A program made the translations under genes and the position numbers. A stretch of DNA of 26,331 nucleotides from a bacterium (lineage in GTDB: Bacteria > UBA10199 > 2-02-FULL-44-16 > DYJF01). Within the stretch, counting starts at the first letter, position 1, and the number at the start of each line of letters is the position of its first letter. Under the pieces are notes generated by a model. The model saw nothing but the letters and a program-made list of their open reading frames with translations. It did no database searches and was not told the origin of the DNA. Of the stretch, positions 16,659-25,006 are shown in pieces. The stretch is taken from the NCBI GenBank assembly GCA_041739675.1, contig JBGSNL010000066.1, positions 1 to 26,331 of the forward strand. Direction: 5' to 3'.

Positions 16659-16934
16659 TCAAGCTGCCTTTTTCTTTTTATAGACCTCGGTCTCCAGCTT
16701 CGTGAGGCGCTCAAGAATGGAAGAAGTATCGCCTATAAGAGAGCTTCTAAGTATCTGGTTCAAAAGAGTCTGATACTTTCCCCCTGAATTCGATGCAGTT
16801 TCCTTCAACGCCTCAACGACATCGGCGTCAAGATAGGTCGTCACCCTGATCTTGGCTCCCTTGAGTTCCTCGCGGGATATCTTGGGTCCTTTGACTTTCT
16901 TCATTTTATTTGGATCGGGAATTCTCTCTTTCAT
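16659..16934 (-). CDS. brnA: BrnA-family antitoxin, 91 aa
   Basis: KIRVTTYLDADVVEALK..GGKYQTLLNQILR ribbon-helix-helix pattern; GGAGAA before ATG 16934; overlaps the 3' end of brnT. Confidence 0.88.
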   Translation of the reverse strand: MKERIPDPNKMKKVKGPKISREELKGAKIRVTTYLDADVVEALKETASNSGGKYQTLLNQILRSSLIGDTSSILERLTKLETEVYKKKKAA

Positions 16935-17211
16935 AATATTTTCTCCATTTACGCCACTTTGCGGCACCGAATATTCTGACAACATTGCCGCGCGTCGTAT
17001 AGCGAACCGTGACGACATCGCCTTTCAACGTCTTGCCTACCGCATAAAATCGATTTTCAATCGACGAATGTCCTTCATCTTCAAGATGTATAACCTTCGG
17101 ATCTGAAAAGATCTCAACAGCCGTCCCGAATGTAACCCTGTGCTTGGCAATGTTTTCCAGCTCTTTTCTGATATCCCACTCGAATGTCCATGTTGTGTGT
17201 ATATTATACAT
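16906..17211 (-). CDS. brnT: BrnT-family ribonuclease toxin (start uncertain)
   Basis: FEWD..KELENIAKHRVTF..A.EIFSDP, HSSIENRFYAVG, VRYTTRGNVVRIFGA; lies upstream of brnA. Confidence 0.85.
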   Translation of the reverse strand: MYNIHTTWTFEWDIRKELENIAKHRVTFGTAVEIFSDPKVIHLEDEGHSSIENRFYAVGKTLKGDVVTVRYTTRGNVVRIFGAAKWRKWRKYYERENSRSK

Positions 17212-17231
17212 ATATATACATATAATTGCAA
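17198..17231 (-). promoter_or_regulatory. Sigma70 promoter of brnTA with overlapping candidate operator
   Basis: Minus strand TTGCAA (17231-17226), 17 bp, TATAAT (17208-17203); palindrome TGTATA-A-TATACA (17210-17198) covers the -10. Confidence 0.75.
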
Positions 17232-17297
17232 TGAATTTGTCGTCTGACGGCTCTTCGCCACTCTGAATCGCACATTACGATCCCTGCAATTCAATAT

Positions 17298-17313
17298 AGC
17301 AACGACCGTGCCA
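17298..17313 (-). promoter_or_regulatory. Sigma54 -24/-12 promoter reading towards brnTA
   Basis: Minus strand TGGCAC-GGTCG-TTGCT; predicted TSS about 17287. Confidence 0.78.
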
Positions 17314-17355
17314 GTCGTTTTTTGCCGTATTTTCAATGGGTCATTTTTAAATTGC

Positions 17356-17392
17356 TGCAGCAAAATCGTGCACCTGTCCGAAAATTGGACAG
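17356..17392. promoter_or_regulatory. Tandem enhancer boxes for the right sigma54 promoter
   Basis: TGCAGCAAAATCGTGCA (17356-17372; 14/17 identical to 12470-12486) and CTGTCC-GAAAATT-GGACAG (17374-17392); centres at about -77 and -96. Confidence 0.6.
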
Positions 17393-17717
17393 TTTCACGG
17401 CCGGCGCGGTTTTTGGGTTTTCAACTAATCAAGACAGGGTATGCGAAGCGCGGCGGCGATATTCAAGATATCGGGAAGGGGCGGGGTGCGGGGGTGTTTT
17501 CGAGCGGCGTTGAGTTGTGTCGCTTTCAGTAGCCATATGATGCTGCGGCGCAATGAAACGCAGGCGGCGAGACGGCGTCTGAGGCGAGCCGCCGTAGCGA
17601 GAAAATTCCCCCGTGCCACGCCCCTTTGCAGCGTGTTGCCGAGAGCCGTCGCATTTCGCATATCTTTCGCCAATCACCTTTATCTCTGACCATTTTCTTG
17701 CTAAATATGTCATCTAT

Positions 17718-18998
17718 ATGAAAATTCTTGCCTTTGAAAAACAGAGCACCGCCGCGGAGGCGGGGTTCCATGTCGGAGACGATCTCGTCCAGATCAACGG
17801 TCACCCCATCCGTGATGAAATTGATTTCCTGTTCCATGCCGGCGCCGAAGAGCTGGAGATAGAGGTCATTCGAGACGGCAAAACGGTTATTTTTGAGATT
17901 GAAAAAGATTACGATGACTCTCTCGGAATTATTTTTGAAGACACGATCTATCGCTGTTGCGGTAATAACTGTATCTTTTGCTTTGTCGATCAAAATCCCG
18001 CCGGGCTCAGAAAAAACCTGTACTTCAAGGACGAAGATTTCAGACTTTCGTTTCTGCACGGAAATTATGTGACTCTCACCAATGTCAGCCGTTCCGATTT
18101 ACAACGGATCGTCGAGCAAAGACTTTCGCCGCTCTATATTTCGGTGCACAGCACCGATCTCAAAATCAGAAAACTCATGCTGGGACTGAAAAAAGACGAT
18201 CGTTTGATCGAAAAGATCCGGTTTTTAGCCGAGAATAAAATTGAGCTCCATGCCCAGGTTGTCCTTTGCCCGTCGATCAATGACGCCGAAAGCCTGCTCA
18301 AAACGATTGACGATTTGGCTCGATTTTATCCCCAATTAAAATCGGTTGCCATAGTGCCGGTCGGCTTGACCAAGCATCGGCAAAAGCTTTATCCGCTTCA
18401 GCCGGTGACACCTGAATTTGCAAGCGACTTAATCGTTCAGGTCGACAAATTGGCATCGAAATTTAAACAAACTTTGGGTGATTATTTTATCTATCCGGCG
18501 GATGAATTTTACCTGTTAGCGGGAATAGAGTTCCCGTCTGCCGAACGATACGAAGACTTTACCCAGATTGAAAATGGCGTTGGAATGGCGCGAAAGTTCA
18601 TCGACCAATTTGAGGAACAAAAACAATCTTTGCCGCATAGAATAAAGCGCTCACGGACAGTAACGTTGGTGAGCGGTGTTCTTGCGGCTCCCATCATTGA
18701 ACGATGGGTAATTCCCCCTTTGAATAGAATTGAAAATTTGACCGCAAAAGTTGTTGCCGTCGCCAATAGTTTTTATGGAGATAGTGTAACCGTCTCCGGG
18801 CTATTGACCGGTCAGGATATTTATAAACAACTCAAGCAGAGACCAATTGGAGATATGGTTGTATTGCCCGCTAATTGTCTAAATTATGACGGCATATTTC
18901 TGGATGATTGGACGCCGGAAAAGTTGCAGGGCCAATTGAAAAAACCGCTTGAGATCGTGGATAATGATTTTTTGTCTTTTCTTGAGAAGCTTAAATAA
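17718..18998 (+). CDS. PDZ plus DUF512 putative radical SAM / Fe-S oxidoreductase (TIGR03279-like), 426 aa
   Basis: PDZ-like SxAAEAGxxxGDxLxxING; CGNNCIFC (CxxxCxxC); KDEDFRLSFLHGNYVTLTN; VPVGLTKHR; QIENGVG; VTVSGLLTGQD. Start moved to ATG 17718. Confidence 0.9.
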   Translation: MKILAFEKQSTAAEAGFHVGDDLVQINGHPIRDEIDFLFHAGAEELEIEVIRDGKTVIFEIEKDYDDSLGIIFEDTIYRCCGNNCIFCFVDQNPAGLRKNLYFKDEDFRLSFLHGNYVTLTNVSRSDLQRIVEQRLSPLYISVHSTDLKIRKLMLGLKKDDRLIEKIRFLAENKIELHAQVVLCPSINDAESLLKTIDDLARFYPQLKSVAIVPVGLTKHRQKLYPLQPVTPEFASDLIVQVDKLASKFKQTLGDYFIYPADEFYLLAGIEFPSAERYEDFTQIENGVGMARKFIDQFEEQKQSLPHRIKRSRTVTLVSGVLAAPIIERWVIPPLNRIENLTAKVVAVANSFYGDSVTVSGLLTGQDIYKQLKQRPIGDMVVLPANCLNYDGIFLDDWTPEKLQGQLKKPLEIVDNDFLSFLEKLK

Positions 18999-19043
18999 CC
19001 ACCGGTACGGATCGGTTCCGGCCTTCGCGAAAAAGGCGGCAGC

Positions 19044-19379
19044 CTATATCATCCAGTAGTATTTCATGTAATTTTCGAAATCGAAAAGTCCGGGCTGGCC
19101 CCATTGATTCAGTATCAGCCACGGTTCATATATGGGACGTGAAGAGGGCAGGCAGAACCTCGTATTTAAAAAACCGTAGCAGCCGTCGTCGTAACCAAGC
19201 ACCTGATGGATGAAGATGTCGGAATTCAAATAGACGTCAACTTCCGGCTGCTCACTTTTTTCCTCCGCGCATTTAATTTCCTCTTCGAGCTCGCTTGGGG
19301 CACCGAAGACCTCCATGATGGAAAAAACAGTTTTTCGAACGTCTGTAATTGCGCGATCGTCTTTGCATCCCGATGACAT
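19044..19379 (-). CDS. Hypothetical protein, 111 aa
   Basis: GGAGG 5 nt before ATG 19379; fills the gap between flanking genes; no recognised motif. Confidence 0.6.
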   Translation of the reverse strand: MSSGCKDDRAITDVRKTVFSIMEVFGAPSELEEEIKCAEEKSEQPEVDVYLNSDIFIHQVLGYDDGCYGFLNTRFCLPSSRPIYEPWLILNQWGQPGLFDFENYMKYYWMI

Positions 19380-19524
19380 CAAAACCTCCGTTCGCCCCGA
19401 ATCCGCAGCAGTTATCGCCCCATATCAAAATTTGTTGCTTGTTTTTGATTGAGGCCAACTTGCCCACTTTACTCTTGAATTAAAAAAAGCCTTATACTTC
19501 AAATGGTTGGCGTTTTCAGGCGGT

Positions 19525-19554
19525 TTGACATTGGGCGTCATCGTGTGCTACATA
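19525..19554 (+). promoter_or_regulatory. Possible sigma70 promoter for the EIIA-transporter unit
   Basis: TTGACA, 18 bp, TACATA, ending 10 nt before GTG 19565. Confidence 0.35.
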
Positions 19555-19564
19555 CGGCCAAATT

Positions 19565-20047
19565 GTGCAGCTGACGCATTACATAACGCCCACCGAGATT
19601 GTCGTCCCGCTCAAAGAGACGACAAAGGAGGGGGTTTATAAAGAGCTTGTCTCCCATCTGGCCAGCGAACATCACCTGAAGGATAAAGAAAAGCTCGTTC
19701 GCGCGATCCTCGAGCGCGAGGAGTCCGCCTCCACGTTTCTGCCGATGGGAATAGCGATCCCGCACGCGCGAATCCCCGAAGTCGATGATATATTGGTCGT
19801 GATGGGCGTCACTCCCCACGATATCAAAGACACCGCAAAAGACAGCGCGCCCCTCACGGCAAATGTCTTTTGCATGTTCTTCTCGCCGACTGAAGACAAA
19901 GAGTTCGGGCGCCATTTGAAGCTGCTTGCCCGGATCGCCGCGGTCTTTTCCGATACGAAACTCGTTCCGGAGCTTTCCAAACTCTCCTCTGCGGAGGAGG
20001 TTTTCGAGCGTATCCAGATTCGCGAACGGGAAATGTCCGAGGAATAA
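19565..20047 (+). CDS. PTS EIIA protein (fructose/mannitol/Ntr type)
   Basis: AILEREESASTFLPMGIAIPHAR (phospho-His motif), HLKLLARIA. Confidence 0.92.
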   Translation: MQLTHYITPTEIVVPLKETTKEGVYKELVSHLASEHHLKDKEKLVRAILEREESASTFLPMGIAIPHARIPEVDDILVVMGVTPHDIKDTAKDSAPLTANVFCMFFSPTEDKEFGRHLKLLARIAAVFSDTKLVPELSKLSSAEEVFERIQIREREMSEE

Positions 20048-20053
20048 TCTCCT

Positions 20054-22066
20054 ATGAACGATCAGATGGCCCCCTATCGGGACCGAACCACCGCAGTTGT
20101 GATCACCACTGCGATGCTTACCTTCATTTCATTCTGGCGGGCGGCGGCCGTCGTCCTTTGCGATATCTCCTCAACCGCCTATTACGTTTGCGGTATAGCC
20201 GAACAGGCGATCGGAAAGGCGGCGCCGTGGTTCATCGCCCTCGTCATGGTTATCGCTTATGCACTCCGCACCGTGTACATTGAATCGTGCGCCATGTTCG
20301 TCCGCGCGGGCGTTTACCGCGTCGTCAAAGAGGCGATGGGCGGAACGATGGCGAAGCTCTCCGTCTCGGCGTTGATCTTCGATTATGTCCTCACGGGGCC
20401 GATCAGTGCGGTTTGCGCCGGCACATACCTGATGGGCTTCATAAACGACATCCTGAGTCTTTTGGGTTTCGGCGCCTGGGCAATTCCCCCCACAAGCGGC
20501 TCGGTAGTCTTCGCAATAATTGTGACCCTCTATTTCTGGAGAAAGAACGTCATAGGCATTGAAGAATCGAGCGGCAAGGCGCTCAGGATCATGTCCGTCA
20601 CCGCGGCAATGGTTGCAATTTTGCTTCTGTGGTCGGCCGTCAGTCTGATTTTGGATCCCAAGCCTCTTCCGCCGATTACGCCGGTGGTCACGCCCGAAGC
20701 GTGGGGATGGTTGAACGGCATACCGTGGCTCAAGACGATCGGCATAGTGGGAATTCTGATCGCGATAGGCCATTCGATCCTCGCGATGAGCGGCGAAGAG
20801 ACTTTGGCACAGGTTTACCGCGAAATTGCCAAACCCAAGCTGCTCAACATGAAACGGGCTGCGTTCATCATGTTCGTGTTCAGTTTCATGTTCACGGCGG
20901 TGGTGTCTTTGCTTGCCGTTATGATCATCCCCGATGACGTGAGAGCAAACTTTTACGATAACATGATAGCCGGACTGGTCATGTATCTTCAGGGTCCCTT
21001 GATCCTTCGCCTCATCTTTCAGGGCGTCGTCGTTCTTGTGGGAGCGGCGATTCTCTCCGGGGCGGTCAACACGGCGATCATCGGTTCAAACAGCGTCCTT
21101 TGCCGCGTGGCGGAAGACGGTGTTCTGGCGGGATGGTTCCGCCAGCCTCATAAGAGATACGGCACGACATATCGCATAGTGACGATGATCGCGGCCGTGC
21201 AGATTCTCACGATCGTGCTGTCGTGGGGAAATATTTATCTCCTTGGAGAGGCGTACGCTTTCGGCGTCATTTGGAGCTTCACGACGCAGACGCTTGCGGT
21301 ATTCATACTTCGTTTCAAGGACAAGACTCCGCGGGAGTACAAGGTGCCGCTGAACATCAAACTGTTCGGCATTGAAATTCCCGTCGGAATCGGCGTCGTT
21401 TTTCTTGCACTCTTTTTCATAGCCGTTGCGAACGTTCTGACAAAAACCGTGGCCACCAAGTGGGGTTCTGCGTTCACGCTGGCATTTTTTGCGATACTCG
21501 TTTTGTCCGAACTTCACAATAAACACATACGCAAGGTGCAGGCGGACAAACATGAAAAGGTCAATCTGCGCTTCGAAGGAGAGCTCACGCCGGAGCGCTG
21601 CGGCTGCAAGAAGAAGAACTGCGTGCTGGTCGCCGTGCGCGATCCTTTGAGCCTTTATCATCTCAAGGTCACGCTGGGCCGTGTCGATCCCAGAACGACC
21701 GATGTCATCGTGTTGACAATCGAGCGAATGCCGATTGTGTCGCTTCCGGGAGGCGAGGGAAAGGTTGAAGAGCTGCCCCACGATGATCAGTTGCTTTTGA
21801 CCAACGTCGTTGCGTTAGCCGAAAAACACGGCACGCATGTGATTCCACTCGTTGTGCCGGCAAAAGACGCGACATTTGCCATGGCCAAGGTTGCCTTCGA
21901 GCTCGGCGCATCCGAGATCGTCGTTGGCAAATCGGAGCAGGTGGCCCCGGAGGTCCAGCTTGAGCGCTTAGCCATCGCGTGGGGATATCTCGCGGCGGAA
22001 ACCGGCCGCCGAATCACCGTCCGCATCGCCTGGCCCAAACACGAACTGAAATACGAACTATCTTAA
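20054..22066 (+). CDS. APC-superfamily permease, KimA-like, with C-terminal USP-like domain
   Basis: About 12 hydrophobic segments; LCDISSTAYY, FDYVLTGPIS, AMSGEE, AYAFGV parallel KimA motifs as I recall them; soluble tail VLVAVRDP..AFELGASEIVVGKS. Confidence 0.85.
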   Translation: MNDQMAPYRDRTTAVVITTAMLTFISFWRAAAVVLCDISSTAYYVCGIAEQAIGKAAPWFIALVMVIAYALRTVYIESCAMFVRAGVYRVVKEAMGGTMAKLSVSALIFDYVLTGPISAVCAGTYLMGFINDILSLLGFGAWAIPPTSGSVVFAIIVTLYFWRKNVIGIEESSGKALRIMSVTAAMVAILLLWSAVSLILDPKPLPPITPVVTPEAWGWLNGIPWLKTIGIVGILIAIGHSILAMSGEETLAQVYREIAKPKLLNMKRAAFIMFVFSFMFTAVVSLLAVMIIPDDVRANFYDNMIAGLVMYLQGPLILRLIFQGVVVLVGAAILSGAVNTAIIGSNSVLCRVAEDGVLAGWFRQPHKRYGTTYRIVTMIAAVQILTIVLSWGNIYLLGEAYAFGVIWSFTTQTLAVFILRFKDKTPREYKVPLNIKLFGIEIPVGIGVVFLALFFIAVANVLTKTVATKWGSAFTLAFFAILVLSELHNKHIRKVQADKHEKVNLRFEGELTPERCGCKKKNCVLVAVRDPLSLYHLKVTLGRVDPRTTDVIVLTIERMPIVSLPGGEGKVEELPHDDQLLLTNVVALAEKHGTHVIPLVVPAKDATFAMAKVAFELGASEIVVGKSEQVAPEVQLERLAIAWGYLAAETGRRITVRIAWPKHELKYELS

Positions 22067-22095
22067 TATAGACACCCACATCATTTTGCGTTAGC

Positions 22096-22866
22096 ATGCT
22101 TCGTATGCCGCCGAAACCTCCGCCCAGACCGCAGCCGCCGCCAAGAGGGCCGCAGATCCCCACGGGGATTGACGATTTTCTGCTGGAACACTCGCGGCGC
22201 AACTTTGTCGTCGGGTCGTGGGGGTTCAATTCCAAGCTTGATTTCACAAAGATGTCCCAGGAGGAGACCAACGTCTGGTTCTTCGAGCAGGTCTTCAATT
22301 TCCTGCGTTCATTTTTCGGGCTCATGGTCCCCGATAATCTTGAAGTGATCACATACAACGCCAAGAAGCAGATCAACAAAGAGAAGCTCAATCAGATGAC
22401 GTTTTTAGACGAGCTCATGCTCATCATGAAGGGCCTCACCGATCCCATTTGGGTAGTCCGCTTGAATTTGAACATCGTCGGTTTTTTACGCACGGAGTGG
22501 GCGCCGGATAAGCCGGTGAGACTTCAAATCCAGGAGCCGGCGAGCTTCATCGTCTGGGGAGGGCCCGACGAGCAGGGGACAGAGACGTTTTCGATCAGCT
22601 ACAGATTGTTTTCGGAGCAGAAGCTCGAAGGCGAAAATGCGCTTCTGTGGTCGATGAACCAGCCGCTTCTCGAGAAGGCGCTCAAAAAGTGGGAGCGGCA
22701 GTCCCGTCACCAGATCGACATTGTGCGCGCAAACAGCGACGACATCTCCCTTTACCGGCACGGTTTTTCAAAACCGGCGCCGGCAACGGCGCGTCCCACG
22801 CCTCCGCCAAAGGAAGAGCCCCCCAAAGAGGATTTTATCCCCAACCTTGACGATCTGCTGCTGTGA
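22096..22866 (+). CDS. Hypothetical protein with Pro-rich termini, 256 aa
   Basis: Long ORF colinear with neighbours; PPKPPPRPQPPPRGPQ and PAPATARPTPPPKEEPPKE. Confidence 0.8.
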   Translation: MLRMPPKPPPRPQPPPRGPQIPTGIDDFLLEHSRRNFVVGSWGFNSKLDFTKMSQEETNVWFFEQVFNFLRSFFGLMVPDNLEVITYNAKKQINKEKLNQMTFLDELMLIMKGLTDPIWVVRLNLNIVGFLRTEWAPDKPVRLQIQEPASFIVWGGPDEQGTETFSISYRLFSEQKLEGENALLWSMNQPLLEKALKKWERQSRHQIDIVRANSDDISLYRHGFSKPAPATARPTPPPKEEPPKEDFIPNLDDLLL

Positions 22867-22909
22867 TGAAAATGAGTCTTGTTTTCTCCTTTAAAATCCA
22901 CTTATATCC

Positions 22910-23830
22910 TTGCTCGTGAAGAAAATTAAGGCCCTACAGAAGGGTGACACCATTGGCATTGCGGCGCCGGCGTCCCCTTTTGACCGCACTTTGTTCAAGA
23001 AGGGGGTCAAAACGCTCGAACAAATGGGTTTTTCTGTCGAGTATCGCGAGGATATCTTCGATCAGACCCGTTATCTCGCCGGCAGCGATAAAAGGCGGGC
23101 CGACGAACTGACCGATCTTTTTAAAAGCTCCAAGGTCCGGGCGATCATGTTCGCGCGCGGGGGATACGGTTCGCAGCGCATTATCCCGCTTCTGGATCCG
23201 CATACGATCCGCACGCACGCAAAACCGGTGATAGGGTTCAGCGACGTCACGGCACTCCTCACTTTTTTGCGTCAGGAATGCGATGTGCCGACTTTTTACG
23301 GACCCGTCATTGCGATGCTCGCAAAGGATTGCGATCCCATAACCAAAGAACAGCTTCTGATTGCTCTGACGAAATCGGGCCCGCTGGGCGAAATTCCGCC
23401 AAACTCCGCATCGGTTTTAAAGGCCGGAAATGCTGAAGGAAGGCTGGTCGGCGGGTGTTTATCCCTTATCAATAGCAGCATGGGGACGCCTTACGAGCTT
23501 GAAACTAAAGATTCAATCCTCTTTATAGAAGAGGTCGGCGAAAAAGTTTACGTTCTGGATCGCATGCTCACCCAACTCAAGAACGCAGGGAAATTCGCTC
23601 AGGTGAAAGGTATTGTCTTCGGTTCAATCGTCACACAGGAAGGGGAGCCGCATGACGTGCCGACCATGATCAATGATGTACTTTCAGATTTCGAAGGGCC
23701 GGTTGTCATAGATTATCCCGCAGGACACACTAAAAAATTTGTGACATTGCCTTTGGGTGTCGAATTCTCGATGGATGCGGCAATAGGGGAGAAGCCGAAG
23801 CTTCAATTCAAATCAGGCTTGCTCAGTTAG
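22910..23830 (+). CDS. ldcA: LD-carboxypeptidase (peptidase S66)
   Basis: GDTIGIAAPASP, YLAGSDKRRA, ARGGYG, IGFSDVT (Ser), FIEEVGE (Glu), PAGH (His); start TTG 22910 or GTG 22916. Confidence 0.92.
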   Translation: MLVKKIKALQKGDTIGIAAPASPFDRTLFKKGVKTLEQMGFSVEYREDIFDQTRYLAGSDKRRADELTDLFKSSKVRAIMFARGGYGSQRIIPLLDPHTIRTHAKPVIGFSDVTALLTFLRQECDVPTFYGPVIAMLAKDCDPITKEQLLIALTKSGPLGEIPPNSASVLKAGNAEGRLVGGCLSLINSSMGTPYELETKDSILFIEEVGEKVYVLDRMLTQLKNAGKFAQVKGIVFGSIVTQEGEPHDVPTMINDVLSDFEGPVVIDYPAGHTKKFVTLPLGVEFSMDAAIGEKPKLQFKSGLLS

Positions 23831-23838
23831 GAATATAA

Positions 23839-24993
23839 ATGAAAGATCAGATCAATCGTGCGATGCAGAAAGCGGTTTCGGACGGCGTTTTCCCGGCGGC
23901 GGATCTTCTGGTGGCCAAGGGCGGAGAGATCCTGCATCACAAACAGTACGGCGATGCGCGCGAAGGTACCTGTTTTGATATCGCATCCCTCACAAAACCC
24001 ATATGCACCGCTACGTTGACCATGATGCTGGCTGAAGAGGGCTTGGTAAAGCTCTCGGACAACGTTTATCAGTGGTTGGGCGGCGCAAGGCTCCCCGTTC
24101 ACAAGCTGATGCTTGTGGAGCAGCTCATGAATCACACTTCGGGTCTTCCCGCGTGGCAGCCTTACTACCGCGAGCTGCCGCTCGATCTTGTAGGAACCGA
24201 GGAAGGCAAGCGTTTCATACTCGATGCATGTTATCGTGAGCCGACCATAAACGAGCCGGGCGCCAATACGTTGTACAGCGATATCGGATATATATTCCTG
24301 GGCGAGATAGTGGAACAGGCCGGAGGCGGCGCGCTCGATGTGCTCTTTGCCAACCGCATCGCGCGGCCGCTGGGTTTGAGCGACACTTTTTTTGTGAGGG
24401 GCATAGGAGCTCCCATCTCCACGACGAAGCGCCACGGTTTCTCATCCGCTGATCAGCATGTGCCGACGCCAAAATACGGGCGTCCCGGGGACCGCGCCGC
24501 CAGAAAAGAGGGCGAGCGGAGGCGTTTTGCGCCTACCGAAGATTGCCCGTGGCGCGAACGCGTAATTCACGGCGAGGTGCACGATCAAAACGCCTACGCG
24601 CTGGGAGGCGTTGCGGGCCATGCCGGGCTTTTCTCCACTTCAATCGATCTTCACCGTGTGGCACTTGAGCTCACAAATTGTTGTAAAGGGAAGGGCGACT
24701 GGCTTCCTCCAAAAATGCTCAAGGATATGTTCGATTTCAGGTCGGCAAAGGGCGGAGATAAGTTTCTGGGAGGCTGGAACACCCCTTCTTTGAAGAATTC
24801 CGCGTCGGGCCGCCATTTTTCAAAACACACGATAGGCCATCTGGGTTATACGGGTTGCTCTATCTGGATCGATCTGGAAAAAGATTTCTGGGTCGTGCTT
24901 CTGACGAACAGGATCAACCCATCCACGACCAATGAAAAGATAAAGGCGTTCCGCCCGCAGATACATGATTTAATATACAAAGCTGTTTTTTGA
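23839..24993 (+). CDS. Serine hydrolase, beta-lactamase class C-like / AmiE-like
   Basis: IASLTK (SxxK), HTSGLP, YSDIGY, GEVHDQNA..LGGVAGHAGLFS, GHLGYTG, LLTNR. Confidence 0.9.
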   Translation: MKDQINRAMQKAVSDGVFPAADLLVAKGGEILHHKQYGDAREGTCFDIASLTKPICTATLTMMLAEEGLVKLSDNVYQWLGGARLPVHKLMLVEQLMNHTSGLPAWQPYYRELPLDLVGTEEGKRFILDACYREPTINEPGANTLYSDIGYIFLGEIVEQAGGGALDVLFANRIARPLGLSDTFFVRGIGAPISTTKRHGFSSADQHVPTPKYGRPGDRAARKEGERRRFAPTEDCPWRERVIHGEVHDQNAYALGGVAGHAGLFSTSIDLHRVALELTNCCKGKGDWLPPKMLKDMFDFRSAKGGDKFLGGWNTPSLKNSASGRHFSKHTIGHLGYTGCSIWIDLEKDFWVVLLTNRINPSTTNEKIKAFRPQIHDLIYKAVF

Positions 24994-25006
24994 GCCGGAG
25001 GCATGA

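Noticed and set aside
13151..16660. Integron cassette array
   Set aside because: No RYYYAAC...GTTRRRY attC structures recognised after the stops and no integrase in the window.
12608..17211. Prophage remnant suggested by ORF6N
   Set aside because: No phage structural, replication or integrase genes and no att/tRNA site seen.
17600..17650. Third sigma54-like site (TGCCACGCCCCTTTGCA; minus strand TGGCACG) and AGAGCCGTC inverted match to 17246-17254
   Set aside because: The plus-strand version lacks the invariant GG and has wrong spacing; the minus-strand version lacks the -12 element; a 9-bp match is too weak.
17308..17713. Short overlapping ORFs in the brnT-DUF512 gap
   Set aside because: No motifs or convincing RBS; they overlap predicted regulatory sites.
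19021..19038. Terminator between DUF512 and the convergent orphan (GCCTT-CGCGAAA-AAGGC)
   Set aside because: Only a 5-bp stem and no U-tract.
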